DNA from: an uncultured delta proteobacterium | GTDB taxonomy: Bacteria; Desulfobacterota; Binatia; UBA9968 | DNA length: 64,000 nt | Assembly: GCA_963840855.1 (NCBI GenBank) | Contig: CAWJBB010000068.1 | Coordinates: 32,001-96,000, forward strand | Direction: 5' to 3' | Shown: piece after piece, positions 30,294-42,743 of the stretch | How positions within the stretch are numbered: the first letter of the stretch is position 1 | How the letters are laid out: every line of letters starts with the position of its first letter | Program-made: the position numbers and the translations under genes | The notes under the pieces: model-generated | Seen by the model: only the letters and a program-made list of their open reading frames with translations | Database searches by the model: none | Told to the model about the DNA's origin: nothing

Positions 30294-31947
30294 TTAGAAC
30301 CGCCACGCCACACTCGTCGTGACCACATGCCGCTTGTATTGGAATGCGGCCAAGTTCGATTGGTTTCTATCGTAGAGATACTCCAGCGCAACGTTGAGTG
30401 AGCAACTGCCGTTCGCGCCGCAAAAGGAAGAAGATTTCAAAAAGTCGGGAACGAAGTCTCTGGCGATGCCTATCTGATGGACCGGTTCTCGGTCTCGCCG
30501 CTTCACCGTGTTGGGCGCAGTTGCCGGCTGCAGACTATTTTTATTCCGATAGAAACGCCAGTGGAAATCGAGATCGTAACGTAAGCGGAGTTCCCACCAC
30601 GGCAAGCTGTATTGAAAGCCCGTCACGAGACGCTGGCCCTGATAACTCCAGTTGTCTCCCTCAGCGAACTCCGCATCGAACTGGTAGCCTAGCCTGGCGA
30701 AGTGCCGCCCCCCGTCAAAAAGCAGGACGTGAGCCAGACCCATCATATAGTTATTGGCATCGCGGACTTCACTGCGCACGACCCTGTCATCGTCATAGAA
30801 ATCCTTCCACTGAAATGTATATTGCAAGGTAGTTATGTTCCCTGCATTGGCCGCTAGGGTCAAATATGAGCTGACGATGCCGCGCTGGGTAAACGGGGCA
30901 TTACCCAATGAAATAAAATCGTACGTGACCTGGAGGCCGGCCTCATAAGGCAGCGCGCCAAAAGCGCTCTGCGTCGCGCCGCGCCGCGCGATGCTTAAGG
31001 TCGGGGTATGACTTTGCGTGTTAAACTCGGTCAGGTGATTGTAATAGGATTGCAGAAACCTGTAGGAGATATCTCCCTCCCAGTCGGGGTTCTTCAGCCA
31101 TGTATAGCCGAGATTGACAGTGGCTAATTCGCCTTCGCTCTTGCGCCGTGGATTAGTTTCCCGGATGACTCGTCGTCGTAATGTCGCTGTTCGGATCGGG
31201 AACCACGGGCACGTTAGTGTCGTAATACACTCCCAGCCGCAGCTCGCCGCGGAAAAATTTTTCTTCACTCTCCGCCTTCTGCAGGATTTCCCCGAAGCGC
31301 TGCAACGGCGCCACCAGAGGAGATACCGGCTGAAGACGCAGAGCCTGATCAATCTCGGCTCGCGCCTCGCCGGCATAGCCGAGGGCGGCAACCGCCAAGC
31401 CGGTATAAAAATGCGCGAGCTGCGCGAAATTATCGTCGCTGGGGACATTGGCCCTAAGGAGGGTCAGGGCATCGCGGTAATTTTTTTTACGGTACTCGAT
31501 GAAGCCGAGATAATAGCCGATGTTGGGGCGGCGGGGGTCAGCCTGATACGCCTGGCGAAGCAGGGGTTCCGCCTGTTCATACTCTTTCTGCGCAAAATGC
31601 AAGACCCCCAGCTGGAACGCGACGTCCGCATCGGCGGGTTGGATCGCTCTGGCCTTTTCGAGCGCTGCGCGGGCATCACCGGGCCGATCCAGAGCGCTAT
31701 AAACAAGGCCCTGATAATAGAGAGCGTCGACGCTCTGCGGATTCAAACGGAGCGCCTCCTGCAACTCCTTCAAGGCCGCATCATATCGCTTCTCGTTGTA
31801 AGCAAGAACCGCCCGATCGACGAAAACCGCTGCCTCGAGTTCCCCGGATTTCGGCGCTTGAGCGCCGGCAGTAGAAGGCGGAAAAATACTTAACAACCCA
31901 AACAGTACGGCAACCAGGACTTTTAGAGCGAAGAAGCGACACGCCAT
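30294..31947 (-). CDS. TPR plus outer-membrane beta-barrel protein (Slam/DUF560-like), frameshift near 31160
   Basis: Signal peptide, several TPRs, YYDTNV barrel start, amphipathic strands and C-terminal VAWRF beta-signal. Confidence 0.8.
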
Positions 31948-31986
31948 TTTATCCTCTAGGTAACATCGATTCTCACAAATTTCCGG

Positions 31987-32015
31987 ATTATCGCTGCTCA
32001 TCCCTAAACTGTCAA
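31987..32015 (-). promoter_or_regulatory. Sigma70-type promoter for the TPR-barrel gene
   Basis: Minus strand TTGACA-N17-GATAAT. Confidence 0.5.
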
Positions 32016-32152
32016 GCAAATTAGTCAATGATGTTATAAACTTAGCAAAGCCCTTGACAATCATTTTTAACCCGGTATAGCTGTTGCACTCGATAATTTT
32101 GATCGAGTGGCCGTGTGATTTTATGTCGACTGGTCTCAATTGGAGGACTTTG

Positions 32153-34885
32153 ATGGACAGATATGTGCCACGATTCGGTGCCATACGAAACGCAGCTTTA
32201 GCTCTTTTGTTCATGCCAGCTCTGCTTAGCGCCCAGCAGCCCACGTCGGGTGTAGTTACCGGGGTCCAGGGTCAAGCACAACTTACTCGGTCGACCTTAG
32301 CCGCCCCGGCGCCGCTTCGTGTCCAAGACGGTATCGTCATCCGCGACGTAATCGATACTCGAGAGAAATCCCTGGCGCGCATTCTCTTCGGCGGAAAAGC
32401 CGCCGTAACGGTTAGAGAGCTAAGCCGTTTTGAGGTCCGGGAAGAAAATCTTCCGGGCGGAGGCACAAGGTCGACCATTGAACTCAACTCCGGCGCGGTT
32501 CTCGTCAACGTGGCCCGCCAGCTTATGGGACCAAGGGACGAAGTTCACATCCGCACGCCCAACGCCGTTGCGGCGGTGCGCGGTTCGGCAGTTTACGCGG
32601 ACGCCGCTGATATATTCAGTCAGATAACCGGCAATTCCGTTCTTAACTGTATCGCCCCGCTGGTCTGTCCGACTATCGCTCTGGCTGAAAATTTTACTAG
32701 CAGGTTTGTGGGCAACGGCTTCAGTCCACCGTCGCCCCTCCCGCCGGGGGCTGCCAACCAGATCGTTAGTTCAATGCAGACGGGGAAATCGGTTACGCGC
32801 GAAGGTAATGCTGCACAAATCTTTGCGGAAGCGGTTGCCGAGGCCACTGCTCTGCAGAGCGCGGCGACAGCACTGGTCGGCGGCCAGTCGACGGTAGCCG
32901 CGCCTCCCCAGCTGATCAGCCCTCTGCCGCCACAGACTAATCCGCAATCCGACTGCACTGGTGAAGGTTGTGGCAGACCCCAACCCGCTCCTCCTCCACC
33001 ACCGCCACCGCCACCACCGCCGCCGCCACCGACGCCACCGACGCCACCGCCGCCACCGACGCCACCGCCGACGCCGCCGACGACACCGACGACACCGACG
33101 CCACCACCGACGACACCGACGACGCCGACGCCACCGCCGCCACCGACGACGCCGCCACCGCCGCCGCCTACGACGCCACCACGCCGCCACCTCCGCCGCC
33201 TCCACCACCTCCTCCGCCGCCGCCACCTCCGCCTCCACCTCCGCCACCGCCACCACCACCTGGCGGCTGTGGCAGTGCCGGCAATATAATCGCAAACTGT
33301 AGCTTCGAAATTACCGGTTCTATCCCGAGCTGGAACCCCGCAGGCGCGGTGACAACGTATCACGGCTATGAAAGATGGTGCCGAGCAACGCCGTATTCAA
33401 GCCGACGGATGGCAGTCGAATGGCATTGCTTCATACACGGTATCGGCGCCGTGACGCCGGAGTGGAACGGAGCTCGACACCAGCAAGTTGTCGCAAAGCA
33501 CTTCTGCGCTCCAGCCGGGAAAGGTTTATCGAATCACGTTTGACTACAACTTCATGTCGAACGAATTCCCCACGCAGGGCGCGGGCTTATAACGACACAT
33601 TTCAGGCTCGGGCGCACTGGCAGTGGCCACAAAATATTTTACTCGACCAAGAGAGCCGAGCAGGTTCCAATTTCAAAACCGACAAGCCAATGATCACTAG
33701 CAGCGGCAAGAGCGATGCCGGCGTTTCAGACTTTTCACTGCGCGCGGGTAACGGCTACACGGATTGGAAAACCGGGAGCAAGACCGTGCTTGCCGGAGGA
33801 TATTATCGGGACTCTGGAATTTAGCATTTTCGATGGATGTGATGACATTAACGTTTTCGATTCGGCGTGCTCATAGACAATGTCAACGGTTGAGCTAGTA
33901 CACGCCGCTCGATGTCATTCCCAATGGGCAGTCGTTGACCGGCCCGAGTCAGAGACCCCTGGTCGAATTTTCTGACCAGTCGACCACCTTTGATTCCGTT
34001 TTGGTCGCGTCCGGCAACGGGCCGAATGGCGTCGCCTTCGGTAAGTCTCAGCGGCCCGTTGTTAAAGGCGGTGCGCAGCGATCTGAACGTGCCCTACAGC
34101 CTGCTCGGGCTTCTGAACGGAAGCAGGTTGGATTCTTCGTCAACCGATCCGCTTGTCTGGTTGCAAGGCGGCAACTACTCTTTGAGCACGCTGAAGGGAA
34201 CGGCGATTTTTGATTTCTGGGGTACAAAAACAACCCTGGACCCGGACTACGGAGGTTGAGGTGGGATCGGGTCCAACCGTGACGCACGCGGGTCCCCTCC
34301 TCCAAGCGTCGGACGGTGCCGCCGTCAACACGCAAAAAGTGTTGAAGTTGGACACGGCGCTCCTTGAAGCCACCATGCCGGTCATCAAGTTAATCGGTTC
34401 GGCCAACGCTCACACGTCATTGACCACGGAAAGCAGCGCCATCGATCTACTCAAAGGCAAATTGATCAGCATAGGTCCAGTTATCGCCTTGGACAAGGGG
34501 CTGATCAATGTCAATAAAGGCTCCTCTGATCAATCTGACTTCCGGCAGCCGGTTAATTACCGTCGGCGATCTCTTGAGCTTGACCAACGGCAGCAAGATC
34601 AACGTCTTCAAAGGTCCGCTGATCAGCGTGTCGGGCGCCGGCAGTACGTTGGATGTCGGCGGCGCGCTGGTGAACTTCGGCGGCACCGGCGGAAATAAAA
34701 TCATCGTCAACAATTCGATCACTCCGACGGCTACGCTGAGTGGGCTTGCGGTCAGCGCTACGTCGGGCGCAAAGATCAACATCGGCCCCAACCCGGTAAT
34801 CAATCCTGGTTTGGGGACTATTTCAGCGACCGGCAGTCTGATTCAAGCGACCAATAACGGCCAGGTGAGTATAAAGGCCAAGTAA
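32153..34885 (+). CDS. Large secreted FecR-domain protein with Pro/Thr-rich linker and beta-rich C-terminus (several frameshifts)
   Basis: Signal peptide, FecR motif IRTPNAVAAVRGS, polyproline tract, then G/S/T/N-rich fragments in successive frames ending NGQVSIKAK*. Confidence 0.7.
32990..33260 (+). repeat. Low-complexity CCA/CCG/ACG triplet tract (poly-Pro/Thr)
   Basis: Directly visible in the sequence. Confidence 0.95.
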
Positions 34886-34903
34886 TAAATTCAGCGGATT
34901 TAT

Positions 34904-34940
34904 AATGGGAGGGAGACTTGTTGGAAAGTCTCCTCCCATC
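34904..34940. terminator. Stem-loop after the FecR gene
   Basis: ATGGGAGGGAGACTT…AAGTCTCCTCCCAT inverted repeat; no U-tract. Confidence 0.45.
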
Positions 34941-35303
34941 ATCCCCTTCCGTCGGCAATAAAACTTCCGCCCGTCCAGTCTAATTCGAGTCGAGCATCGT
35001 TATCTCCGAGATCATCATACGGCACCATCCAGCGTGCCATCGCGGCCATGAAGAGGTTGCGGATTGCACCAGCGGCATATTAATCACTCTCATTCGCTTG
35101 CGCAGTCGTTCGCGCCACTGCAAGCCCTACGTACAACTCGCCTGTTAATAACTTATGCATTTAGCTCGGAGCCGATATAATAGAACGTTCTTTCAGAGCG
35201 CAATCCTGCTAACGCCTTTACCAACAGGTCTAATCGAACACAACGGTAAGCATGTTCGCAGAGAAAATAATTACAAAAAAATTTCTAAAATGATATTTTT
35301 TTC

Positions 35304-35333
35304 TTGACATACTATTAATTGTGTCGTTATAAT
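35304..35333 (+). promoter_or_regulatory. Consensus sigma70 promoter
   Basis: TTGACA-N18-TATAAT, A/T-tract UP-like element upstream and GC-rich discriminator CGCGCC. Confidence 0.8.
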
Positions 35334-35445
35334 CGCGCCACCTACAAAATATGGGAGGGTTTTTAACAAACATTTCTTCGCCTGAGTCTCGCATCGCTCC
35401 CCCGACATGTATTGCCCACCCATGGAATCCTAAAAGGAGGTGTCT

Positions 35446-35493
35446 ATGGCAGCTAAAAAGGCCAAAAAGAAAGCCAAAAAGAAAAAGAAGTAA
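35446..35493 (+). CDS. 15-aa lysine-rich peptide MAAKKAKKKAKKKKK
   Basis: Perfect AAGGAGGT SD just upstream of ATG; lies between a strong promoter and a terminator. Confidence 0.65.
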   Translation: MAAKKAKKKAKKKKK

Positions 35494-35580
35494 GTATTGA
35501 GATGTGAGGTGGTGGTGGTGATTTGAACCCTCCTTAAATCTCAGGCGGTAAGATAGCTGTTCTGGCTATCGAGCAAAACA

Positions 35581-35617
35581 AGCCCCCCGGTAAACAACTC
35601 GGGGGGCTATGTTTTTG
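35581..35617 (+). terminator. Rho-independent terminator
   Basis: AGCCCCCCG-loop-CGGGGGGCT followed by ATGTTTTT. Confidence 0.8.
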
Positions 35618-35879
35618 TAGCCAAATGAAACCTATCACACTATAACGATTCCGCTTCACTCGTCGCGAAGAAAAACACTTTCACCACGAAGGCACGCCTT
35701 CCGGTCGGGTATATTCCAAACGTTCAAATCGCTCAGTACGTTCAAGTTGTTCAACGAACCCACTTTTGCTCGAACGGCTTGAAATACTTGAACCGGCTGC
35801 GCGCAGCATTCTATGTGCTTTTTGTGGTTAGATCGCACAAGTATTGCGTCCCTTGGGACTGTTCGTTAGACTAAATCCC

Positions 35880-36431
35880 ATGTTCATTGCTCGATCACTC
35901 GCGCTTCTCGTTGGTTTAGGTTGGGTGCTCTCAATGACCGCCGCCTCGGCGGCTGAGTCCAAGGTTAATTACAAAGTCATCAAAAACCTGGAACCGATGA
36001 AGGACAATAGCCCGACACCGGATTTCACTATTTCGGGTTTCGACAGCAAGAAGGTTTCTCTAAAAGATTTTCGCGGCAAGACTGTGTTTTTGAATTTCTG
36101 GGCGACCTGGTGCATTCCCTGCCGGGAAGAGATGCCGGCGATGGAGCATCTGTACCAGGAATACAAGGACAAGAACTTCGTGATTCTCGCCGTCAACGTT
36201 AAAGACCGCAAACAAGACGCCATAAATTTTCTCAAAGAACTGAAAATTACTTACCCCGCGGCCTTCGATCCCGACGGGCAGGTAGGTTTGCTCTATGGAG
36301 CCTGGGGATTGCCCACAACCTATCTCATCGGTCCGAAAGGCGAAGGTCTGGCGCGCGCCTGGGGCCCGGCTGAATGGTACAGCCCGGCCGCGCGCAATTT
36401 GATCGGTCAAATCCTCGCAGAAAAAAAATGA
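35880..36431 (+). CDS. TlpA/ResA-family thiol-disulfide oxidoreductase
   Basis: NFWATWCIPCREEMP and GLPTTY; N-terminal signal/anchor. Confidence 0.9.
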   Translation: MFIARSLALLVGLGWVLSMTAASAAESKVNYKVIKNLEPMKDNSPTPDFTISGFDSKKVSLKDFRGKTVFLNFWATWCIPCREEMPAMEHLYQEYKDKNFVILAVNVKDRKQDAINFLKELKITYPAAFDPDGQVGLLYGAWGLPTTYLIGPKGEGLARAWGPAEWYSPAARNLIGQILAEKK

Positions 36432-37166
36432 CCGAGGTTAACGTCTTCGTCGCTTTCGCAGCCGGAGTGTTCTCGTTTCTTTCACCCTGCGTCTTGCCGC
36501 TGATTCCATCGTATCTTTCGTTCGTCTCCGGTGTCTCCGTCGAGGAGATGCGCGGCGCTCAAGCCGCGGCCAGGGTACGCACCCGCGTGGTTTTGAACTC
36601 CGCCGCTTTTATCCTCGGCTTTTCTCTGGTTTTTGTCTCACTGGGCGCATCCGCTAGCTTTCTCGGCGGCTTGTTTTTGGGCTACCGGAATTTCATTCGC
36701 CTCATGGGCGGTGATATTCATCGTTCTAGTCGGGCTTTATCTCGTCGGCCTTTTCAAAATCGCTGCCCTGGAAAGGTATCTTCAGTTCAATTTGAAAGAC
36801 AAACCGGCGGGTTATTTAGGCTCGGTGTTGGTTGGCATCACCTTCGCGGTTGCCTGGACGCCCTGCGTCGGACCGGTTCTGGGCGCGGTGCTCGCGCTGG
36901 CGGGCGCGTCGGCGGAGGTCGGCCGCGGCATTTTTTTGCTCTCAAGCTACGCCGCGGGATTAGCGCTGCCATTCTTCTTAAGCGCACTGGCAGTAAATTC
37001 GTTCTTCCAATTCTCGCAGAAATTTCGCCGCTACATCCATGCCGTTCACGTCATGGGCGGCGTCTTGCTGATCATCGTGGGAGTTTTATTGATCACCGAC
37101 TACATGACCTTTCTCAATGCCTACGTGCTGCGCTTTACCCCCGACTGGCTGCTGAAAAAACTATAA
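36428..37166 (+). CDS. ccdA: Cytochrome c biogenesis protein CcdA (frameshift near 36710)
   Basis: SFLSPCVLPL and WTPCVGP motifs in two frames; ATGA overlap with the upstream gene. Confidence 0.9.
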
Positions 37167-37289
37167 AACACCGAGTTGCTGCGCTGCTTGTTTGACCCTC
37201 ACTATGGCAAATGCTAGTTTTCTAAGGATTTCGTCTCGCACGGCGTGACTAGACAGCGCGCACAACGCCCCGCCCGACTGGGAGCATCG

Positions 37290-37838
37290 ATGGAAGAGCA
37301 TATTCGTAGCATTCTAAAGACCATTGGCGAGGATCCCGACCGCGAAGGCTTGCTTCGGACACCGCAGCGGGTTTCCCAAGCTCTCGAGTTTTTGACCCAG
37401 GGATACCGCATGGACCCCGAAAAAGTCATCAACGATGCGCTTTTCACGGAAGATTACGAAGAGATGATCGTCCAGAAAGACATCGATTTCTATTCCCTGT
37501 GCGAGCACCACATGCTGCCCTTTTTCGGCAAGGCGCACGTGGCGTATATTCCCCACCACAAGATCGTCGGCATTTCTAAACTTGCCCGTTTAGTGGACGT
37601 TTACTCCCGCCGCCTCCAGGTCCAGGAACGGCTCACCAACCAGATCGCCACGATCATCATGGAGAAACTCGACGCCTTGGGCGTCGCCGTGGTCATCGAA
37701 GCGGAGCATCTGTGCATGAGAATGCGCGGCATCCAAAAACAGAATTCATTCGTTATCACCAGCACGCTGCTCGGCGCCTTTCGCACGCGGCAAGAAACCC
37801 GCAACGAATTCATGACTCTAATCAGGCAAAAAGGCTAA
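37290..37838 (+). CDS. folE: GTP cyclohydrolase I
   Basis: [24 protein letters not shown] and HLCMRMRG. Confidence 0.97.
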   Translation: MEEHIRSILKTIGEDPDREGLLRTPQRVSQALEFLTQGYRMDPEKVINDALFTEDYEEMIVQKDIDFYSLCEHHMLPFFGKAHVAYIPHHKIVGISKLARLVDVYSRRLQVQERLTNQIATIIMEKLDALGVAVVIEAEHLCMRMRGIQKQNSFVITSTLLGAFRTRQETRNEFMTLIRQKG

Positions 37839-37849
37839 GTGAAAAGCGC

Positions 37850-39329
37850 ATGGAAATAAGGATCAGAGATGCCGGCGTCGAAACGATAAGGACCGACTTG
37901 CTGGTCTTGCCCGTTGCCGAAAAAAAGTTGCAAGAAGCGCCATTGCGCGCTTTAGATCTCCGTCTCAAGGGACAACTGAAGCAGTGTGTACAAAAGAGCA
38001 AATTTGCCGGCGCCGAGGGCGCCAGCTTGCTTTATTCAACGGCGGGCATGCTGCCCGCGTCGCATATCTTGCTCGTAGGTCTCGGCCAAGAGAAAGACAT
38101 CGACCACGACAGTTGGCGCAAAGCGGCCGCGCGGGCGCGCCGCGAGGCTTCGGCCATCGGTGCTCAAGACATCGCTCTGTTCTTCGCGCCGAATAAAGAC
38201 GCCGAAGAGAGAGCCGGCGCGGCTGTCGAAGGCGCGCTGCTCGCGTCATATCAATTTACCAGGTATCGTTCGAACTCCAAGCCGTCCGCCGAAATCAGCA
38301 CGCTCACCCTTTTTAGGCCCGGTTTAAGACGTAGCGCGGCACTGGACAAAACAATCAACAGGGCGCAACAGGTGGCCGCCGGGGTATCATTGGCGCGTGA
38401 TCTGGTCAACGAACCTCCCTCCGTCGCCACGGCACGCTTCCTCGGCGAGCAGGCGGAGCGAGTTTGCCGCGGGCCCGGTCTTTCGGTTGAGGTGTGGGGC
38501 AAGAAAAAAATTGAATCGATGAAACTGGCGGGGCTGCTCGCGGTCAACCGCGGCAGCCAGGAGGAGCCAAGGTTCATCCTCATGCGCTACAAGCCGGCGG
38601 GAAAGCCGCGAAAAAAAATCGCGCTTGGTGGGCAAGGGAATCACTTTCGACTCCGGCGGATTGTCGCTCAAGCCGTCGAAGTCGATGGAGACCATGAAGC
38701 TCGACATGGCCGGCGGCGCCGCGATTATCGCGACCATGAGCCGGCTTCCCCAATTGCGCCCGGACATCGAAGTTACAGGCTATGTTCCAACGACGGATAA
38801 CCTGCCCGGCGCCAACGCGCAAAAACCGGGCGACGTAATCCGCTACTTGAACGGCAAAACGATCGAGGTGTTGAATACCGACGCCGAGGGCCGCTTGATC
38901 TTGGCCGACGCCTTGGCCCTCGCCGCAAGACAAAAGCCGGACTACATGATCAACCTGGCGACGCTCACCGGCGCCTGCATGGTCGCCCTGGGAAGCGGAG
39001 TCGGAGGCTTGTTTTGTAACAACCAAGATTTGGCGGAACATCTGCTGCGTTGTTCCAGGGACACGGGCGAAAAGCTCTGGCAGCTGCCGTTGGTCAAAGA
39101 ATATCGGGAAATGATCAAAAGCAGTGTCGCCGACATGAAAAACATCGGCGGCGCCCACGGCGGCGCAATTACCGCGGCTTTGATCCTGCAAGAATTCGTC
39201 GCCGATGTTCCGTGGGCTCATCTCGACATCGCCGGTCCGGCATTCGCCGAATCGGATCAAACCCTCTGCCCTAAAGGCGGGACGGGATTCGGGGTGCGAA
39301 CGCTGCTCAAATTTCTTTCGACACTCTAA
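37850..39329 (+). CDS. pepA: Leucyl aminopeptidase (M17), frameshift near 38625
   Basis: [25 protein letters not shown] and HLDIAG. Confidence 0.95.
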
Positions 39330-39343
39330 GGAGGACTGAGATC

Positions 39344-39670
39344 ATGGCCAATATTGCCGAAGTGGGAGACAATAATTTCGATACTGAAGTGCTCAAATCA
39401 GACCTGCCCGTGCTGGTGGATTTTTGGGCGCCGTGGTGCGGTCCGTGTAAATCGATTGCGCCCATCATCGAAGAAATTGCCAGCGAGTACGCCGGAAAGT
39501 TAAAAGTAGCAAAGCTCAATGTGGACGATCACCCCGCCACCGCCTCGCGCTACGGCATCCGGGGCATCCCGAATCTGATCATCCTCAAGGGCGGCGCCGT
39601 GAAAGAACAGATCGTCGGCGCGGCGCCGAAGGCAAAACTCGTAAGCGCCATCGAGAAGGCACTGCAGTAG
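39344..39670 (+). CDS. trxA: Thioredoxin
   Basis: WCGPC motif, 108 aa, AAGGAGG SD. Confidence 0.97.
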   Translation: MANIAEVGDNNFDTEVLKSDLPVLVDFWAPWCGPCKSIAPIIEEIASEYAGKLKVAKLNVDDHPATASRYGIRGIPNLIILKGGAVKEQIVGAAPKAKLVSAIEKALQ

Positions 39671-39765
39671 GCCGAGAAGAATGGAATACTGGAGTGGTTG
39701 GAGTGATGGAATGTTGGGTCTCACGGCATCATTCCAGTATTCCGCGATTCCACTACCCCATGGTC

Positions 39766-40869
39766 TCAGAAGATATACCGGCGCATGCTGACGTTGATCA
39801 TCAAGCCGATGGCGAACATCATCGTCGCCAAAGCTGATCCGCCGTAGCTGAAGAGCGGCAGCGGTACTCCCACCACCGGCAACACGCCCGCGACCATAGC
39901 GACATTGATCACCACGTGCCAGAAAATGATCGAAAGCGTGCCGAACACCAAGAGCGCGCCCATTCGATCCTTGGCCCGCTCGACGACTTTAAGGCCGTAA
40001 ACGATCAAGGCGAAGTAGCACGCCAACAAGATGAAACACCCAACGAATCCCCACTCCTCGGAGAAAACCGCGAAGATAAAATCCGTATGCTGGGCGGGCA
40101 AAAAATCGAGGCGGTTCTGCGTGCCGCGCAGATAGCCCTTGCCGAAAAGTTGGCCGGAACCAACGGCGATTTGCGATTGGATGACGTGATAACCCGCGCC
40201 CAGCGGATCACGGTCGGGGTCGATGAAGGTTAACACCCGCTCGCGCTGGTAGGGCCGCAAGAACTGCCAGGCGATGGGCAGGGAAGCCAACCCGGCGCCG
40301 GCCAGGCAAAAAAAAGATTTCAGCCGTAGTCCCCCCAGAAGAATCATGCTCATAAAAACCATGCCAAGAATTATCGCGGTGCCCAGATCCGGCTGAATCA
40401 AAGTCAAAAAGACCAGCGGCGCCACCAGCGCAAAGGGTACCCAAAGATCGCGCAGGCGGTAACCGCCGCGTGGTTCATCCTCCTGAAAATATTTCGCCAT
40501 CACCAACACGATGGCGACCTTGGCGGGTTCGGACGGTTGCAGGCGGAAAAAGCCCAGGTTGATCCAACGTTGCGACCCGCCACCCGAATGACCGACAACG
40601 TCCACCACCAAGAGGAGAAGGAGAATGACGGCGAAGAACGGATAGGCCAACCGATCAACGTAATGGTAATCCAGCGTCAGGGCGGCGAACATGGCGACCA
40701 AACCGAGACCGAGCCATATCAATTGGCGCGACGGCAGCGCTCCCGCGTGTTGCGCGGCAATATCGTAGTTCGCGCTGTAAATAGTCACCACGCCCAGCAG
40801 CACAAGACCCACAGCAAGGAGAAAAATCGTCCAGTCGAAGTGCGAGATCAAGCGCCGGTCAATTTGCAC
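39766..40869 (-). CDS. rodA: Rod shape-determining protein RodA
   Basis: QPSE..K, QPDLGT, HTDFIF and SYGGS. Confidence 0.97.
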   Translation of the reverse strand: MQIDRRLISHFDWTIFLLAVGLVLLGVVTIYSANYDIAAQHAGALPSRQLIWLGLGLVAMFAALTLDYHYVDRLAYPFFAVILLLLLVVDVVGHSGGGSQRWINLGFFRLQPSEPAKVAIVLVMAKYFQEDEPRGGYRLRDLWVPFALVAPLVFLTLIQPDLGTAIILGMVFMSMILLGGLRLKSFFCLAGAGLASLPIAWQFLRPYQRERVLTFIDPDRDPLGAGYHVIQSQIAVGSGQLFGKGYLRGTQNRLDFLPAQHTDFIFAVFSEEWGFVGCFILLACYFALIVYGLKVVERAKDRMGALLVFGTLSIIFWHVVINVAMVAGVLPVVGVPLPLFSYGGSALATMMFAIGLMINVSMRRYIF

Positions 40870-42737
40870 GTTTTTCCCCTTCGACGCGGGCCTCTTGTTG
40901 GATGGGCGGCGATTTTTTCATTTCGGCGTATTTCTCCGCGACCTTTTTTGCCATAGGCGCCGCCGCCTCGCCGCCATGTCCGCCATGTTCGACCAGCACG
41001 GCGATGGCGATCTCAGGCTTGCCCAAGGGAGCGTACGATACGAACCAAGCGTGATCGCGGCTAAAATAAGAGAGCTGTTCACTCTTGAGATAAGCGCCCT
41101 TCATTTCAACTACCTGCGCGGTGCCGGTCTTACCGGCGAGGGCGATGATAGGTGACCTGGCCGCCTTTCCGGTGCCGGCGGCTCCTTGTACAACGTCGGC
41201 CAATGCATTGCGCACCCGGGTTAGCGTCTCAGGTTTTAATTCAATGGTCCGGATCACCTCCGGTCCCTGTTCGTATACCCGTTGCCCCTCGATGGATTCA
41301 ACTCGGCTGACAAGGCGCGGGCGGTATAAGGTGCCGCCATTGGCTACGGTCGCCATCATGTTGGCGAGCTGCAACGGCGTCACGGTGAGATAACCTTGGC
41401 CGATCGCCACCGAGGGCGTTTCGCCCGGATACCACGGCTGGCGAAAACGTTTTCTTTTCCATTCCGTGTCCGGGACCAAGCCGCCTTTTTCGTCGTCGAG
41501 CAAAGCGCCGCTTTTCTCGCCCAGGCCGAAGGCCCGCGACCACTTGGCGATCTTGTCGATGCCCAGGCGGGTGCCGAGCGTGTAGTAGTACACATCGCAG
41601 GATTCCACCAGCGACCTGTGCAGATCCACGGCGCCATGTCCTTCTTTCTTCCAGTCGCGAAAATTGCGGTTGCCGAACGGAAAGAATCCCGGATCGAAGA
41701 TTTTCGCTATCGGGCTGGACCGCTGCTTCTTCGAGACCGGCGATGGCCATCACGACCTTGAAGGTCGATCCCGGTGGATATTGCCCCTGAATCGCGCGGT
41801 TGCTGAGCGGGCGCAGGCGGTCCTTGATAAGGGCGCGCCACTCATCGCCTTTGATGCCACGGGCAAAGACATTAGGGTCGAAGGCCGGCGTGCTCGCCAT
41901 TGCCAGGATAGCGCCGCTATGGACATCGAGAACGACGATGGTTCCTTCCTTGCCCTGCAGCGCTTCATAGGCGGTTTGCTGGAGTTTGCGATCCAGGGTT
42001 AGATGGACGGTATAGCCGGGGCCGGAAATCACCTCAGAAAGCACGCGCACGCGCCGCCCCACAGCGTCCACTTCCACCTGCTGCCCGCCGCCCTTCCCTC
42101 TCAGGTATTGCTCCCATTTTTTCTCTAATCCATATTGCCCGATCTCGTCGCCCAGCTCGTAACCTTCTGCCTTAAAACTTTTGAGTTGTTTCGGGCCGAT
42201 CTCTCCCAGATAACCGAGCACATGGGCGCCGGCGGGGCCGTCCGCGTAGCTGCGCCGCGGTCGAGCACGGAGCGTGACCCCCGGCAAATCCAACTGATGT
42301 GTTTCCACCGCCACCACCGTGGCCCAATCGACGTCTTTCCCCAAGATAATATCGTCGAACGCGCTCCGGCTTTTACTTTGCTTGAAGTTCTCCAGAAGCT
42401 CGCTTTCCTCGCGGCCCAGATACCCCGCCAATTGGCGCAGCGTGGCTTCCGGATTTTCCGAGTCCTCGGGCACGAAAAGAAGATCAAAGGAAGGCCGGCT
42501 ATCGACCAGCAGATCGCCCCGCTGATCGTAAATCATGCCGCGCGTGCCGAGAATCCTCTTGATGCGAATCCGATTGTTCTCCGACAGGTAGCTATAGCGT
42601 TCGCCCTGAATCGCTTGCAGGAAAATCAGGCGCGCCATGATGCCGATAAACGCCAGGGCGACAAGCAAGTAGATCAACCGCGCGCGCGGCCGCAACTCGG
42701 GGGCGCCGTCTTTTCTGCCGAGATCGGATAGAGTCAT
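40859..42737 (-). CDS. mrdA: Penicillin-binding protein 2 (frameshift near 41700)
   Basis: PPGSTFK, SCDVYYY and KTGTAQ; position in the mre operon. Confidence 0.95.
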
Positions 42738-42743
42738 CGTTAC

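Noticed and set aside
32620-33543. Gly/Val-, Arg/Trp- and His/Arg-rich ORFs
   Set aside because: They are alternative frames of the poly-Pro triplet tract
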